Assembly: GCF_963921235.1 (NCBI RefSeq)
Contig: NC_086100.1
Location: 201,192,001 to 201,256,000 of the forward strand
From: Mobula hypostoma
Taxonomy: Eukaryota
Reading direction: 5' to 3'
DNA length: 64,000 nucleotides
The position numbers and the translations under genes were made by a program. Position 1 is the stretch's first letter. Each line of letters starts with the position of its first letter. Of the stretch, positions 60,421-64,000 are shown one piece after another. Below the pieces are notes generated by a model. It made no database searches. It saw only the letters and a list, made by a program, of their open reading frames with translations, and was not told the origin of the DNA.

Positions 60421-61664
60421 TTAAACAATCGTCGCTGACCTGCGAGGAATCTCCTGTGCTTAGCTCCCGCTACTGACTGGGCAGCCAGGATGAGCCCGAA
60501 CGCCCACAAAGCTCTCCTTTTGAACAAACATCACTGACCTGAGAGATAGCTGGCTGTGTATGAGTCGATGGTCACCCGGCTTCAGAGGATGAGAGGTGAC
60601 CTGATAGAGGTGTATAAGATGATGAGAGGCATTGATTGTGTGGCTAGTCAGAGGCTTTTTCCCAGGGCTGAAATGGTTGCCACGAGACACTAGAATACTA
60701 CAGCACAGTACAGGCCCTTCGGCCCTCTATGTTGTGCTGACCCATATATCCTTAAAAAAAACGTACTAAACCCACACTACCCCGTAACCCTCTGTGCCAC
60801 AAGAGGGCACAGGTTTAAGGTGCTGGGGAGCAGGCACAGAGGAGATGTCAGGGGTAAGTTTTTTACTCAGAGAGTGGTGAGTGCATGGAAAGGGCTGCCG
60901 GCAATGGTGGTGGAGGTGGATACGATAGGGTCTTTTAAGGGACTTTTGGATAGGTACACTGAGCTTAGGAAAAAAGAGGGCTGTGGGTAAGCCTAGTAAT
61001 TTCTAAGGTAGGGACATGTTTGGCACAACTTCGTGGGCCGAAGGGCCTGTATTGTGCTGTAGGTTTTCTATGTTTTCTAAGGTTTATACAGAGTTGTGGA
61101 ATGCACTGCCTGGGTTGAGGATGTAGGTATGATGGACACATTTCAGAGGCTTTTAGATAGGCACATGAATTTGTAGAGAATGGAGAGTTATGGACATTAT
61201 GTTGGCAAAAAGGATTAGTAATTAGTTTGGCACAGCATCATGGGGCCAAAGGGCCTGTTCCTGTTCTGTGTTCTACTAGAAAAATCAAAGGCCGCAGCAG
61301 TGACTTCCAGTGAGTAAAACAGCCTTTTGCCACCACCCACTGCCTCCTGTTACCGACAATTTTTAGACATAGTTAGTGACCAGATTAATGACCTGTGAGC
61401 TCTGCTTTTCTGGCCTTTCCTTCAGGGTTTCGGTTTACAGCCTCTGTCTGGCCAAGCCTTCAGTCACCTGCCTGTGGTTCTGCCATATCTGTTTGTGCCA
61501 ACAATTGGCTTGGTAAATGGATCTATGCAGAGCCTTCAGTGGCTGATGGCTGACTGAGGAACCGTGTGGGATAATTTCCCCCAGCCCACTACCCGGGATA
61601 TCACAACCTCCCCCAAATGGGATCCTCTTGTACCCTCAGCTAACTGGGAACCCCTTCGTTTCAG

Positions 61665-61733
61665 ATGAAGAAGATGGATTTGATGGAAGAGACAAAATAC
61701 GTGGAGTTGGTGCTGGTAGCAGACAACTCACAG
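61665..61733 (+). CDS. ADAM exon 7 (start of reprolysin catalytic domain); gene incomplete at 3' end
   Basis: Branch-like CTAAC (61640) + ccccttcgtttcag| MKKMDLMEETKYVELVLVADNSQ |gtgggt; 69 nt; KYVELxxVAD is the ADAM/SVMP catalytic-domain N-terminus. Confidence 0.92.
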
Positions 61734-62577
61734 GTGGGTGACGTCGCCAAATGTATCTGATGGACAGAGCTAGACATGAGTCATGTTAAGGAGCAAGGTT
61801 GGAAATGAAAGAGCAGGTGGAAATACAGGGTGAGATAATGGCGGGGATGGGGGTGGGGGGGGGAGAGGAGAGACACAGTAACAAAGTCTCGTGGGTAATG
61901 AGCTGGATTCCCACATGGTGTACGTTTCCAGGTTGGGAATTCTGTGACTGGAGTGGTGAGCTACCTCCAGAGGGTGAGGCAACTGGAGATGTGGACGGTG
62001 AGATTCCTGGGGAAAAGGCAGAGCTGGAGACTGGAACTCCCAGGACCTCAGAAGAAGTGATAAAAGAACTGGAAGGGGGCTTAGTGAGATGTGTTGCTGC
62101 CTCAGGTTTCCAGTAACCCAGGTCCAATCCTTAGCTCGAGTACTGTCTGTGTGGAGTTTGCATGATCTTCCTGTGACCGTGTGGCTCTCCTCCCGACATT
62201 CCAGTTTTTCCAGAGTTGGGAGAGGTTTAAGGTAAGAAGACCGAGGGACACATCTCTCACCCAGGGGGTGTTCCATATGGAACAAGCTGCCAGAGGAAAT
62301 GGCAGTTACTTTAACCACACTGAGAAGACGCTCAGAGAGTGCATGTGCAGCAAGGGATTAGTGCAGACAGAGCAAACGCAGGCAAATTGCAATGGCTTTA
62401 GATAGGCACCTTGGTTGGCATGCACCATTGAGCTGAACAGCCTCTTCCTGTCCTGTGTGACTCCCACATCCCGGAGACTTGAGTTGATCCTGTTCCTTGG
62501 GGGCCGTTTCCTCCAGTCTGTCTGTGATGCGAATGCCATCTGACCAACATTGTGTGCACCATCTCCAACAGGCTCAT

Positions 62578-63140
62578 GTTCAAAGTCAATTTATTACATA
62601 TGCCACCATATACAACCCTGAGGTTCATTTTCTTGTGGGCATACTCAATAAATCCATAGAATAATAACCATAGCAGAATCAACGGAAGACCAGTGCAGAA
62701 GACAACAAACTGTGCAATTACAAAAGAAAGAAATAATGATAGTAAATAAATAATCAACAAATATTGAGAACATGAGATGAAGAATCTTTGGAAGTGAGTC
62801 CATTAGTTGTGGGAACAATTTAATGATGGGACAAGTGAAGTTATCACTTTGGTTCAAAAGCCTGATGATTGAAGGGTTATAACTGTTCCTGAATCTGGTG
62901 GTGTGAGTCCTGAGGCTCCTGTACCTCCTTCCTGATGGCAGCAGTGAGAAGAGAGCTTGTCCTGGTGATGGGGGTCTCTGATGACGGATGCTGCTTTCCT
63001 GTGACAGTGTTTCATGCAGGAGGCACTCAGTGATTGGGAGGGTTTTACTGATGATGGACTGAGCCGTATCCACTACTTTTGGAGGATTTGCCAGTCAAGG
63101 CATTGGTGTTTCCCTACCAGACTGTGACGCAGCCAGTCAT
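62578..63140 (-). mobile_element. Rex1/Babar-like LINE 3' fragment
   Basis: ALFSLLPSGRRYRSLRTHTTRFRNSY.PS.IRLLN. Confidence 0.85.
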
Positions 63141-64000
63141 GGGAAGTTAGAGGATTGGAAAGCTTCTAGAAACCAACAAAAGACAACCAAAAAAATCCGT
63201 AAAGAGATAAAAGATTAAATATGAAGGGAAACTAGCCAGTAATATAGAAGAAGAAACAAGAAGTTTTTCAGATATGAAAGAGACGAAAGTCAGTATCAGA
63301 CCACTGGAACACGACAATGGAGATATAATAATGTGGGACAAAGAAATGGCAGATGAACTGAACAAGTAATTTGCATCAGTCTTCATAGTGGAGGACACAT
63401 TCTAGAGCGTCAGGGGCAGAAGTGAATGTCTTTGCTATTACTAAAGAGAAGGTGCTTGGGAAGATGTTGGAGTCTATTATATAGGTTTTAGAGTACTTGG
63501 AGGCACATGGTTTCTTTAAGGGAAAATCTTGCCTGACAAATCGGTTGGAAACCTTTGAGGAAATAACAAGCAGGATACACAAAGGAGAGTCAGTTGATGT
63601 TGTTTATTTGGATTTTAAAAAGGCCTTTGATAAGGTGCCGCACATGAGGCTGCTTAACAAGATAAGAGCCCATGGTATTACAGGAAAGATACTAGCATGG
63701 ATAGAAAATTGACTGACTGGCAGGAGGCAAAGATAAGAATAGAGAGAGCCTTTTTTGGTTGGCTGCCGGTGATTAATGGTTTGCTGCAGGGGTCTGTGCT
63801 GGGACCACTTCTATTCACATTAAGTGTCAATGATTTGGATGAAGGAATTGATGGCTCTGTGACCAAGTTTGCAAACACGATGAAGGTAGGTGGAGGGGCA
63901 GGTAGTGTTGAGGGAGCAGGGTGTCTACAGAAGTTGGACAGATTAGGAGAATGGGCAAAGGAGTGATTGATGGAATACAGTGTTGGGAAGTGCACGGTCA
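63141..64000 (+). mobile_element. CR1-type LINE fragment running off the window
   Basis: HGFFKGKSCLTN, YLDFKKAFDKVPH, QGSVLGP. Confidence 0.9.

Larger units (their letters stand above)
54947..61080 (+). mobile_element. CR1-type LINE (54947-56975, resuming ~60585-61080) hosting nested Rex1-like and SINE insertions
   Basis: ORFs 54992, 55626, 55968, 56140, 56609; 3' end with CTATGTTT tail. Confidence 0.8.

Noticed and set aside
18727..61733. Specific gene symbol (ADAM12/15/19/33/8/28)
   Set aside because: Motifs are shared among these paralogues; orthology cannot be decided without phylogeny or synteny
61734..64000. Next ADAM exon (exon 8)
   Set aside because: No acceptor followed by a plausible catalytic-domain frame found; the candidate AG at ~62516 hits a stop. 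The exon probably lies beyond the window
1..64000. Prokaryotic RT systems (retron, DGR, group II intron) or endogenous virus
   Set aside because: All RT fragments carry non-LTR LINE signatures (APE endonuclease, FADD, simple-repeat tails) in a spliced vertebrate gene context; no viral or bacterial genes recognised

Overview
Vertebrate nuclear DNA, very likely from a cartilaginous fish (shark or ray; inferred from the repeat landscape, not proven). Most of the window is nested, decayed retrotransposons: CR1-type LINEs of several subfamilies, Rex1/Babar-like LINEs, Penelope-like GIY-YIG elements, tRNA-derived SINEs, a solo LTR and a mariner-derived MITE. Nearly all ORF-track entries are TE fragments or noise. 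Hidden among the repeats are seven GT-AG exons on the + strand (18727-18940, 40329-40444, 43337-43413, 44692-44770, 45834-45910, 46062-46236, 61665-61733). They splice in frame into 269 codons of an ADAM/reprolysin (M12B) metalloprotease: signal peptide, complete prodomain with Cys-switch, and the start of the catalytic domain. The gene continues beyond the window. Most notable extras: intact minimal type I hammerhead ribozyme motifs in the Penelope tails, a non-canonical pro/catalytic processing site in the ADAM, a possible divergent spliced minus-strand transcript upstream of the ADAM, and several minisatellites arising from or split by LINEs. No CRISPR array, rRNA, bona fide tRNA or prokaryote-type system is supported. 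TE boundaries are approximate unless a target-site duplication (TSD) is quoted.
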